Shown one piece after another: positions 56,390 to 64,000 of a stretch of 64,000 nt of DNA. The stretch comes from a virus (lineage: Duplodnaviria; Caudoviricetes): IMG/VR virus record IMGVR_UViG_3300035208_004206, positions 1-64,000 of that record; one strand, given 5' to 3'. The stretch's first letter is position 1. Each line of letters opens with the position of its first letter. The position numbers and the translations under genes are program-made. The notes under the pieces were generated by a model, which saw only the letters and a list, made by a program, of their open reading frames with translations, was not told where the DNA came from and ran no database searches.

Positions 56390-56967
56390 TATTCGAAAGA
56401 AGGCTTTCAGAAGAACTGTTTTTTACTACACCGGAAACAGATAACGATATGGAAAAGAACGTCTATAAAAATCCAACAGCTTCTGAATTTGAACAACTGT
56501 TTCGAGAGGCAGAAGGTTTTAATGACCAAACAACCAGAATCAAGTTGGCGCTTTCAACAGACGGAAATCTCTATGCTTGGTCAGAAGGTGAACACACAGA
56601 TATGATAAACGATGCTGATATTTTATATAGCAAAATCAAAATGACTATGTACCTGTATCAAAACGTTTCTGATCCAATTCACAAATGGGATGATGACGGA
56701 GAGTATAGAGATCTTCCGGTTATCGAAGGACTGGTTCTCAACACTAGTGTTTCTTCAACCCCATCATGGGGTGCTTTTCCCAACGCAACAAATAGAATAA
56801 CACCAACCCTTGCAAAGATATTAAAGAAGCGTATTCCAGCTCTGAAGTGGATCCTTGGGAATGAAGTTCTTTTTGACACAGAGGGTAATAGACTACCACC
56901 AAAGAAATCAGATTGGTCGGCTATTCTGAAGATCATGGCACACGAAGGTCTTCAGAAAAAGCAATAA
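56386..56967 (+). CDS. Paralogue, array member 8
   Basis: MIFERRLSE; VYKNPT, DGNLYAW, EHTD, IPALKW. Confidence 0.85.
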   Translation: MIFERRLSEELFFTTPETDNDMEKNVYKNPTASEFEQLFREAEGFNDQTTRIKLALSTDGNLYAWSEGEHTDMINDADILYSKIKMTMYLYQNVSDPIHKWDDDGEYRDLPVIEGLVLNTSVSSTPSWGAFPNATNRITPTLAKILKKRIPALKWILGNEVLFDTEGNRLPPKKSDWSAILKIMAHEGLQKKQ

Positions 56968-57016
56968 TTCTCCTCCTGTAAATAACAATAGAACAACGTT
57001 TATTAGAGGTTGAACA

Positions 57017-57475
57017 ATGTCAGATCCAGTGCTTCCTAAAATCGAATTGCCAGTTATTCCTTCAATACCCGTAAAGACACTCGAAGACCAAGTGAAGGTG
57101 CTTGCAGAGACTCTTGCCCTTCAAGCTGAAGAAGCGAGAAAGAAAGGCAGACCACGTCTCATCAGAGCGTGGGAATGGTTCATGGATAACAATGCTTGGA
57201 TCGCGTGGGTCCTTGCGCTTCTCATCACCCTGGTCGCATGTGGTGCTGTTTATAAGTGGCGAGATGCAGAAGCAAGGGTGACTGCAGCAACGACAGCAGG
57301 GACGAACTCTGCTCTCGAGAGAGCGATCGGTGCGAATGCTGAGAAGGCGAAGGTCGTTGCGAAAGAAGGAAAGACCACCGCGAAGGGAAACCTTGTGTAT
57401 TCAAACTTTGAAGATGCTGATGCGGCATTCAAAGAAGCAATGTCTGCCGCGAAAGACCAAAAGAAGAGCCAGTAA
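57017..57475 (+). CDS. Single-pass membrane protein (i-spanin-like candidate)
   Basis: TM WIAWVLALLITLVACGAVY followed by an Ala-rich helical region; TAAATA at 56979. Confidence 0.55.
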   Translation: MSDPVLPKIELPVIPSIPVKTLEDQVKVLAETLALQAEEARKKGRPRLIRAWEWFMDNNAWIAWVLALLITLVACGAVYKWRDAEARVTAATTAGTNSALERAIGANAEKAKVVAKEGKTTAKGNLVYSNFEDADAAFKEAMSAAKDQKKSQ

Positions 57476-57514
57476 ATAGTTAAGAATACTTGGATTGTGT
57501 AAGGAGAGAATTCG

Positions 57515-58216
57515 ATGAAAGCCTTGCTTGTTGGGTATGGTGAAATCGGTAAATCTGTGCAAACAGTGTTCGGTTCCTTTCATGATCTTCGAAATGTTAT
57601 TGATCCCAAGTATAACACCCAAGTAGAAAACGTTGAGTACGATATTCTTCTGGTTGCTTTTGGATATAGTGAAAACTTCGAAGAGGTTGTTCGACAATAC
57701 CAGATAACCTTTAATATCAAACACACTATTATTTTCAGTACAGTTCCAATCGGAACATGTCGCAGACTTAATGCTTGTCACTGCCCAGTTGAGGGTAAAC
57801 ACCCAGACTTGGCAGAGAGTATTAAAATCACTTCGAAGTGGTTGGGCGGTTCAGATGAAAAGTGTTTTGAATTTGTTTCTTCTGCTGGGTTTGATGTTAA
57901 AATAACCGAACCAGAACACACAGAGTTCTTGAAGTTGCGCAGTACAACTGTGTATGGTGTGAACATTGAATTCGCGCGGTACTCGAAGGAGTGTTGCGAC
58001 AAGCTCGGGATGGACTATGATCTGGTAAAAGAATGGGATACGTGGGTCAACAAACTCTATAGTGATATGAATATGGGATGGGCAACTCGTTATATTCTGG
58101 ATGCTCCCATGGGACCGAAGGGTGGACATTGTGTCACACCAAATGCCAAAATACTTGACAAGATTTTTCCAAATGATCTTGTTAAAATTGTTGCAGAGGA
58201 AAAGAAACTTACATGA
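57515..58216 (+). CDS. Short UDP-glucose/GDP-mannose dehydrogenase-family protein
   Basis: VGYGEIG Rossmann motif, STVP.GT, E..KL...T...NI.F, GGHC. Confidence 0.8.
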   Translation: MKALLVGYGEIGKSVQTVFGSFHDLRNVIDPKYNTQVENVEYDILLVAFGYSENFEEVVRQYQITFNIKHTIIFSTVPIGTCRRLNACHCPVEGKHPDLAESIKITSKWLGGSDEKCFEFVSSAGFDVKITEPEHTEFLKLRSTTVYGVNIEFARYSKECCDKLGMDYDLVKEWDTWVNKLYSDMNMGWATRYILDAPMGPKGGHCVTPNAKILDKIFPNDLVKIVAEEKKLT

Positions 58217-58818
58217 AAAAAAGAGAAAAAGTAGTTCGTCAAATTGTAAGGGTGAACGGGCGATCTCTCATTCGTAGAATAGTGACACAGGTTGGTCGAT
58301 CACAGGTTGAACGTCTATTAAAAGACAAGAAGGGGGAAAAAAAACAAAAAGATATTATACCTGATCCTATTCATCACGATACTTTTGTCTACATAGAAAT
58401 ACTAAATGGTGAACTCTCAAAAATTGTTTCTCCTGAAGAGTATTCAACACTTCCTGAACTGTTTGAACATTATTCTCAGAGGGAAGAGGGGGAAGGAATA
58501 CTAATCTTCCGTAATTGGAATGAAAAAGCATATTCTGAAAAGATCCAGAAGTTCATTGACTATCTTCTAAGATTCAAGGAATTCTGTCAAGAGTATTCTG
58601 TTGATTATTGTAAAGGGGTAATTCTTTCGGGCGAAACTCAAACCATCATAGGGTATCAGGAATTCAATGTACTTCAGCAATTGAAAAGATTTGATGTTTT
58701 ATATATTGATAAAGAAAACTGTTCATTCTATCTTTCTAATAACATCAAAGACTTCGGTGATTTCACAAGGATGATATCAGAACACGGTAATTTGTTTGTG
58801 GTTAATAATGAACAATAA
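58213..58818 (+). CDS. Hypothetical protein in glycan cluster
   Basis: ATGA overlap; basic N-terminus. Confidence 0.65.
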   Translation: MKKREKVVRQIVRVNGRSLIRRIVTQVGRSQVERLLKDKKGEKKQKDIIPDPIHHDTFVYIEILNGELSKIVSPEEYSTLPELFEHYSQREEGEGILIFRNWNEKAYSEKIQKFIDYLLRFKEFCQEYSVDYCKGVILSGETQTIIGYQEFNVLQQLKRFDVLYIDKENCSFYLSNNIKDFGDFTRMISEHGNLFVVNNEQ

Positions 58819-59515
58819 CCCTTTTAGATTCTTTGATGCGATCTATGTAATCAACATGGATTTCTGTTTAGACAGATGGATGAAATTTCTTCAGCTTGCA
58901 AAAAAATACGACATACCAAATCCAATAAGGTTCCCCGCTTTTCGCCACGAGGTTGGGAGCTTTGGTTGTGCACACTCACATCGTCTAATCTTGAAAGAGG
59001 CTAGGCGAAGAAAGCTTTCGAACGTCTTGATATTTGAAGATGACGTAGATTTCATATACTCTCCAGATTTTACTTTGACATGTTTATCTGGTGCGATCAA
59101 ACGGTTGGGACGGGCCGAGTGGGATCTGTTCTACTTGGGGATTAACCCGAAGAACTCCAGACAGAAATTTTTTCCCGACCTGTTCGAAAAAACGCCTGGA
59201 ACCCTCTTTGTACCAAGGGATGAGTTCTACGGAAGGTTTGCTTACGCGGTCAATAGTCAGTCGTTTAACGTATACGATAACATCACTAACGAAATAGAAA
59301 GGTTTTCACCCGCCGATCGTGGTGATATAGTTTTGATGAACTCTAAAAAGATGAAGCACATGATATGGCCGTGTTTGACAGTTGTAAGTGATGCGGCAAG
59401 CTTTACCGGGTTTCAAAATGAAAAGTTAAAAAGTGGACTCAATAAAAAAAGCAGGGAAAAGATTTTGTTAAAGTATAGGAGTAATGGCTTGCAATATACA
59501 GAAAGACTAAAATGA
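58808..59515 (+). CDS. Glycosyltransferase family 25-like
   Basis: IYVIN...DRW, GC..SH..I, VLIFEDD, WDL.YLG, AY.V. Confidence 0.85.
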   Translation: MNNNPFRFFDAIYVINMDFCLDRWMKFLQLAKKYDIPNPIRFPAFRHEVGSFGCAHSHRLILKEARRRKLSNVLIFEDDVDFIYSPDFTLTCLSGAIKRLGRAEWDLFYLGINPKNSRQKFFPDLFEKTPGTLFVPRDEFYGRFAYAVNSQSFNVYDNITNEIERFSPADRGDIVLMNSKKMKHMIWPCLTVVSDAASFTGFQNEKLKSGLNKKSREKILLKYRSNGLQYTERLK

Positions 59516-61122
59516 AAATCAATGCAATTATTACAATCTATCGGCGACCAGAAACAGCAAAGTTACAAATCGAACATCTTCTCAATCAGTCAGAAGGAAA
59601 GTTACAATATAAAGATATATACGTATGGCACAACAAAAGTGATGTTGTGTTTGATTTGAATAGTATAAGATCTCTAGGTGTAAACATTATTGAAAGTAGT
59701 TGGAATACTAAATTTTGGGGAAGGTTTACTATCCCACTATTATTAGATTCTGATTATGTAATGATTTTGGATGATGATATTTTACCTCAAAAAAAATGGA
59801 TAGAGAATTGTTTACATACAATTGAAAGTAAAAACACCAACGGTATCCTGGGTGGGTCTGGTATTTTGTTGCCGGAAACCGGTTATAAAAACCACAAAAA
59901 AATAGGGTGGAATGGTGTTCACTTATCTTCCCCCACTGAAGTAGATCTGGTTGGTCACAGTTGGTTTTTTAGGAAAGAGTGGGCAAAGTATATTTGGAGT
60001 GAAAATCCGTACACGTGGAATAATGGTGAAGATATAATGTTTTCTTACCTAGCACAAAAATATGGAAAGATCAAAACCTTTGTGCCACCACACTCAGAGA
60101 AGTCAAAAGATCTTTGGTGTACGAATCAAGAGTATAGTATGAAAGTTGGAAATGATTCTCGTGCATCATATAAGAAAAAGACGCACATGGGTGAACGCGA
60201 CCAGTGCGTAGAACACTGCAAAGGCAAAGGTTGGCAAATATTGCGCGAAAAGAAGGATGTGCCTTTACCCGAACATAATAAATTTTTCTCTTTTGGTGTC
60301 AACGATATAGACTTGAAACGATATGTTGAAATAGAAAAGATTAAGAAAGAACAAGGAGAATATACTGTCACGGCGAATATGGCGACGTTCAAAAAACGAA
60401 AGGAGTTTTTACCGTACGTTGTGCGGGAGGTTTTGCCGTGTGTGGACAGATTACGAATATATCTGAATGACTATGACGAGATACCTGACTTTCTTGTTCA
60501 CCCCAAGATCGATGTTGTTTTTGGTAAAGGAGACATACGAGCAAAAGGAAAGTATTATTTTCTTCCTACTTCCTTCGAAAAACAATACTACTTTTCAATC
60601 GACGACGACTTTATATATCATCCGAGTTATTTTTTGAAATCTATTCAATACCTAAAGAAAAATCAAACCCACGTTATTTCAAACCATGGGGTTTTAATCT
60701 ATTACAATAACAACGATCAAACATATAAGCAAACATATAAAAAATACAATAGTGGTGCTCTAGATTGCTTGAATGATCACGAGACAAACATTTTGGGTAC
60801 AGGTATGTTGTGTTTCGACGCGGCGTTTACTAAGATACCATATACGAAACAGGTATTTCCTTTCAATGGAATGATCGATTTGTGTATGAGCAAGTATCTT
60901 CTTTCTCATAAGAAAAAGATGGTTGTTCGCGCACACAGAGCCGACGAAATATTTTCTCTACACGAGGAGAGCAGATTCAAAACTGCAGACTTGAATTATA
61001 AACTAAGTAATGATAAGCAGTTTGAAAACCTTCGTATTAAATTTCTTATAGAAAATCAACAGCTTTTCAACGGTAAATATAAAGAACTAACCGAGGGAAC
61101 AAATGAAAATTCCGAAGTTTAA
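59512..61122 (+). CDS. Two-domain GT-A (GT2-like) glycosyltransferase
   Basis: ITIYRRP..LDDDILP..GEDI in the first half; ATF..R..IDDDF.Y..GTG in the second half. Confidence 0.8.
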   Translation: MKINAIITIYRRPETAKLQIEHLLNQSEGKLQYKDIYVWHNKSDVVFDLNSIRSLGVNIIESSWNTKFWGRFTIPLLLDSDYVMILDDDILPQKKWIENCLHTIESKNTNGILGGSGILLPETGYKNHKKIGWNGVHLSSPTEVDLVGHSWFFRKEWAKYIWSENPYTWNNGEDIMFSYLAQKYGKIKTFVPPHSEKSKDLWCTNQEYSMKVGNDSRASYKKKTHMGERDQCVEHCKGKGWQILREKKDVPLPEHNKFFSFGVNDIDLKRYVEIEKIKKEQGEYTVTANMATFKKRKEFLPYVVREVLPCVDRLRIYLNDYDEIPDFLVHPKIDVVFGKGDIRAKGKYYFLPTSFEKQYYFSIDDDFIYHPSYFLKSIQYLKKNQTHVISNHGVLIYYNNNDQTYKQTYKKYNSGALDCLNDHETNILGTGMLCFDAAFTKIPYTKQVFPFNGMIDLCMSKYLLSHKKKMVVRAHRADEIFSLHEESRFKTADLNYKLSNDKQFENLRIKFLIENQQLFNGKYKELTEGTNENSEV

Positions 61123-61645
61123 TTATTCAGTTCGCGAGAAAACAGTCGCAGACATCATGATGTCACTTCCACCATTCAAAACATTCTTGAATGTTGGTTT
61201 TCACAACTGGGAAGACCCCCGTCGGCATTGGTGGATAAAGATATGTGAAGAGAATCAGATTAACTGGAAGATTGTTGAGATTTTTATCAAGAATGTCGAG
61301 GACGCAATTTCGGCGGGGTGCCCTGTTGAAAAAATACAAATAGGAAACATCGAAGACGTTGAAAACCTTCCGCAAGCTGATTGTCTTCTATACTGGCATG
61401 GGCCAGAACACAACAAGAAGGAAGAATTTTTGAAAATTTTGCCTCATCTTGAAAAAAAATATCAGACGTTGATTTTTGGTATGCCACTCGGTCACGAACC
61501 GCAGGGTATTGCATACGGTAATATTTTCGAAGTTCATGTTTCTCATTGGCAACCAGAAGAATGGTTGAATCTCGGGTACGCTGTTAGTGAAATTCATGAT
61601 CATCAAAAATATCCGCACATTACCGTTCACAAGATACAAAAATGA
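61103..61645 (+). CDS. Class I SAM methyltransferase-like protein
   Basis: FLNVG, D.L..WHGPEH, P.G..H.S.W. Confidence 0.6.
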   Translation: MKIPKFNYSVREKTVADIMMSLPPFKTFLNVGFHNWEDPRRHWWIKICEENQINWKIVEIFIKNVEDAISAGCPVEKIQIGNIEDVENLPQADCLLYWHGPEHNKKEEFLKILPHLEKKYQTLIFGMPLGHEPQGIAYGNIFEVHVSHWQPEEWLNLGYAVSEIHDHQKYPHITVHKIQK

Positions 61646-62367
61646 AAAATTTCAAATCTGACTTTACATTTTTCCTCAACAAGATCGAAAGACAAGAAAA
61701 CTTTTCCCTTAGTAGGTGGGGAGATGGCGAAATGTGTATCCTACAAAATACAAGCATCGATCTCCTGTCAAAAGGTAATGGTGAATTTGATAACAAACCG
61801 GACGATGATGCATACGATAAATCGAGACAATTAATGAATGAAGCCTTCACTTTTCAAGATTCTACATACTACATCGGAATCGGTTGTCGGTGTTGTATTG
61901 GAGAGCAGAAATTTGAAAAGATGAAAACACTTTCTCAACAGTCAATCGAAAATCTGACGTGGGCTAACATTTTTGTAAATTCAAATTACAGACTGTTTTG
62001 TGAACAGTTTATACCCGCCCTTCAGAAACGTAACAATGTTCTCATCTCTCACCGTGATGCGGTGATCGATCAGAATTTCCCTCTTCGGGTGAAATCACAT
62101 TTCAAAGTTTCACCCAATGCGTGGGTTAATTCTATAGATACAATCGATCAGATAAAAAGATATATTGCAGATAACAATCTGAAGAACGTCGTATTTCTTT
62201 TCGCCGCCGGTCCTTTTGCGAACTTGGCGGTGTACGAATTACATAAGTTCAATAGAGACAATACATATCTTGATGTGGGTTCTGTTTTTGATAAAATGTT
62301 AAATCTCAAAGTCACTCGTCGATACTTGCTCAATGGACCAACACTAAACAAAACTTGTATATGGTAG
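61642..62367 (+). CDS. GT-D-fold (DUF1792-like) glycosyltransferase
   Basis: FSLSRWGDGE; LFAAGP; LDVGS. Confidence 0.7.
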   Translation: MKNFKSDFTFFLNKIERQENFSLSRWGDGEMCILQNTSIDLLSKGNGEFDNKPDDDAYDKSRQLMNEAFTFQDSTYYIGIGCRCCIGEQKFEKMKTLSQQSIENLTWANIFVNSNYRLFCEQFIPALQKRNNVLISHRDAVIDQNFPLRVKSHFKVSPNAWVNSIDTIDQIKRYIADNNLKNVVFLFAAGPFANLAVYELHKFNRDNTYLDVGSVFDKMLNLKVTRRYLLNGPTLNKTCIW

Positions 62368-62374
62368 GTGCAAC

Positions 62375-62971
62375 ATGAAAAGTTTTAACGCGAATGAATA
62401 CTGGGAAAAGAGGTACGTTGCGGGTGGAAATTCTGGGAAAGGTTCGTACAATGAACCTCATCTCTTTAAGACGGCAGTCGTTAATGAATTTATCGAAGAC
62501 AACGATATAAAAACCATTTTAGATATGGGGTGTGGGGATGGGCATTTCGCATCTTCCATAAAAGTTAAAAGATATATCGCTTATGATGTATCTCCATCAA
62601 TAATCGACATTAACAAAATCAAATATAAAGACAAAAAAAATATATCTTTCACAAACGATCTTTTACAGGTAAACGAAATAATCGACTGTACGATTTCAAT
62701 AGATGTCATATACCATGTTACCAACACCGCGGAATACAAAAAATATCTTGCGAACCTATTCAACATGTCAAACAAATACTGTATAATCTACAGTTCGAAT
62801 GTTAATCAAGACGAAGAATTTATACAAAAATACCATCCAACCTCGCACGTCTTTCATCGTCAATTTACAAAAGACATCGATTTTTCAAAGTGGAAATATT
62901 TTGATTACTTGAAAGAGAAGAATAAAACAACCGATCTTTTGGGTTCCTTTTTCTTCTTTAAGCGGATTTGA
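62375..62971 (+). CDS. Class I SAM methyltransferase
   Basis: YWE.RY..GGNSG.GS; ILDMGCGDG; DVIYH. Confidence 0.85.
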   Translation: MKSFNANEYWEKRYVAGGNSGKGSYNEPHLFKTAVVNEFIEDNDIKTILDMGCGDGHFASSIKVKRYIAYDVSPSIIDINKIKYKDKKNISFTNDLLQVNEIIDCTISIDVIYHVTNTAEYKKYLANLFNMSNKYCIIYSSNVNQDEEFIQKYHPTSHVFHRQFTKDIDFSKWKYFDYLKEKNKTTDLLGSFFFFKRI

Positions 62972-62974
62972 AGA

Positions 62975-63655
62975 ATGCCGACACAAAAAATAAAACTTGC
63001 TTCTTTTAACAAAGAGATATACATTGATATTCGTTATCCAGAAAATGATGTTCTGTCTCGCGGTCTCCTGAAGAATAATTGTTTTTACGAAGAAGTGATG
63101 TTAAATTATATTTTGAAAAATATACAAACCTCTGATAAAAAATATATAGTAGATGTTGGTGCAAATATCGGTAACCATACTTTATTTTTTAGTCTTTTGT
63201 GTAACAATATCGGTATAATTGCCATCGAACCATATGAAAAAGTTTTTACTATATTGAAAGAAAATATAAGATTGAATAACCTAAAAAACGTTATGACGTA
63301 TCCGGTTGCATGTGGAGCCGATCATTCGTACTGCGATTTGGTCATACCTGAAAATGAAAATCTGAGTGGTTCGACTAGTATCATACCCGGTTCCAGTATA
63401 CCCGTTGTACCCCTGGATGATCTCGTTAGAGATCAACCGGTATCGTTAATTAAAATTGACGTTGAAGGATCCGAAATAAATGTATTAAAAGGTTCGACGA
63501 AAATCTTGTCTCGTATCCAAGATCCACCAGAACTTATTGTTGAAGCGAGATTTTCAGATGATAAAATACAAATAGACAAATATCTCGAAAAGTTTCATTA
63601 TAAAAATATACAGAGAATCATGACATCAACACCAACTTACCATTACAAAAAATGA
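62975..63655 (+). CDS. FkbM-family methyltransferase
   Basis: VDVGANIGNHT, EP, IKIDVEGSE. Confidence 0.9.
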   Translation: MPTQKIKLASFNKEIYIDIRYPENDVLSRGLLKNNCFYEEVMLNYILKNIQTSDKKYIVDVGANIGNHTLFFSLLCNNIGIIAIEPYEKVFTILKENIRLNNLKNVMTYPVACGADHSYCDLVIPENENLSGSTSIIPGSSIPVVPLDDLVRDQPVSLIKIDVEGSEINVLKGSTKILSRIQDPPELIVEARFSDDKIQIDKYLEKFHYKNIQRIMTSTPTYHYKK

Positions 63656-64000
63656 GAGGGTGTGTTGAGATAAAAGGTGGGATGGGTAATCAACTCTTTC
63701 AATATGCTTTTGGTCGATCACTTGAAGAAAACAACCCAGGTTTTTCTGTGAGTTTTGATTTGTCATGGTTTGAAAAACAATCAAAAAGAAAATTTGAACT
63801 TGGTGCTTTTAATATTCACATGAAAAAACATATTGGTAATTGTGTGTTTCAACAGAAAAAAGAAAACGGTTATCACTATCAACCCAATCTTTTATCACCA
63901 ACAGTGGATCAAAAGTTCATAGGTTATTTTCAAAGTGAAAAATACTTTTTATCAATTGCAAATAAAATCCGAAATGAAATATCGTTAGTCGGTGAACAAC
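63652..64000 (+). CDS. GT11 alpha-1,2-fucosyltransferase-like protein (3'-truncated by window; not in ORF track)
   Basis: GGMGNQLFQYAF; GYFQSEKYF; ATGA overlap. Confidence 0.85.
   Translation, partial: MRGCVEIKGGMGNQLFQYAFGRSLEENNPGFSVSFDLSWFEKQSKRKFELGAFNIHMKKHIGNCVFQQKKENGYHYQPNLLSPTVDQKFIGYFQSEKYFLSIANKIRNEISLVGEQ

Noticed and set aside
1-64000. Stop-codon reassignment (code 15 or code 4), as seen in some large phages
   Set aside because: Conserved genes are full length in code 11, and TAG and TGA terminate them at expected positions
1-64000. CRISPR array, DGR or retron
   Set aside because: No regularly spaced repeats, no reverse transcriptase and no TR/VR pair seen

Overview
A 64-kb slice of a large T4-like (myovirus-type) dsDNA phage genome, read in standard code 11 and almost entirely + strand with tight ATGA-type gene overlaps. 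Recognisable core genes: gp46/Rad50-like ATPase, two-subunit type II topoisomerase, UvsX, gp41 helicase, class III RNR (nrdG, nrdD), dCMP deaminase, ATP-dependent DNA ligase, GroES, a probable sliding clamp, a dNMP kinase, family B DNA polymerase, neck gp14, baseplate gp25, two tape-measure-like proteins and three peptidoglycan hydrolase modules. Accessory content: RtcB plus a DRB0094-type RNA ligase, an Apyc1-like MBL hydrolase, a Stealth-like phosphotransferase, a free-standing GIY-YIG endonuclease and an AT-rich glycan-synthesis cluster running off the right end. The most striking unexplained system is an 11-member paralogue family (8 in tandem, 1 frameshifted, plus a 10-codon relic). Its members share an N-terminal M-x-F-x-R-x-(L/I)-x-E-type leader resembling a T4 capsid-targeting/prohead-protease signal. 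A 1130-aa modular protein punctuated by similar (L/I)-x-E linkers may belong to the same packaging system. Two intergenic, strongly base-paired segments (40548-40637, 46656-46892) are candidate novel ncRNAs. Three promoter-like motif classes are visible. All calls come from motif recognition by eye; no database searches or folding programs were run. No tRNA, rRNA or CRISPR array was found.
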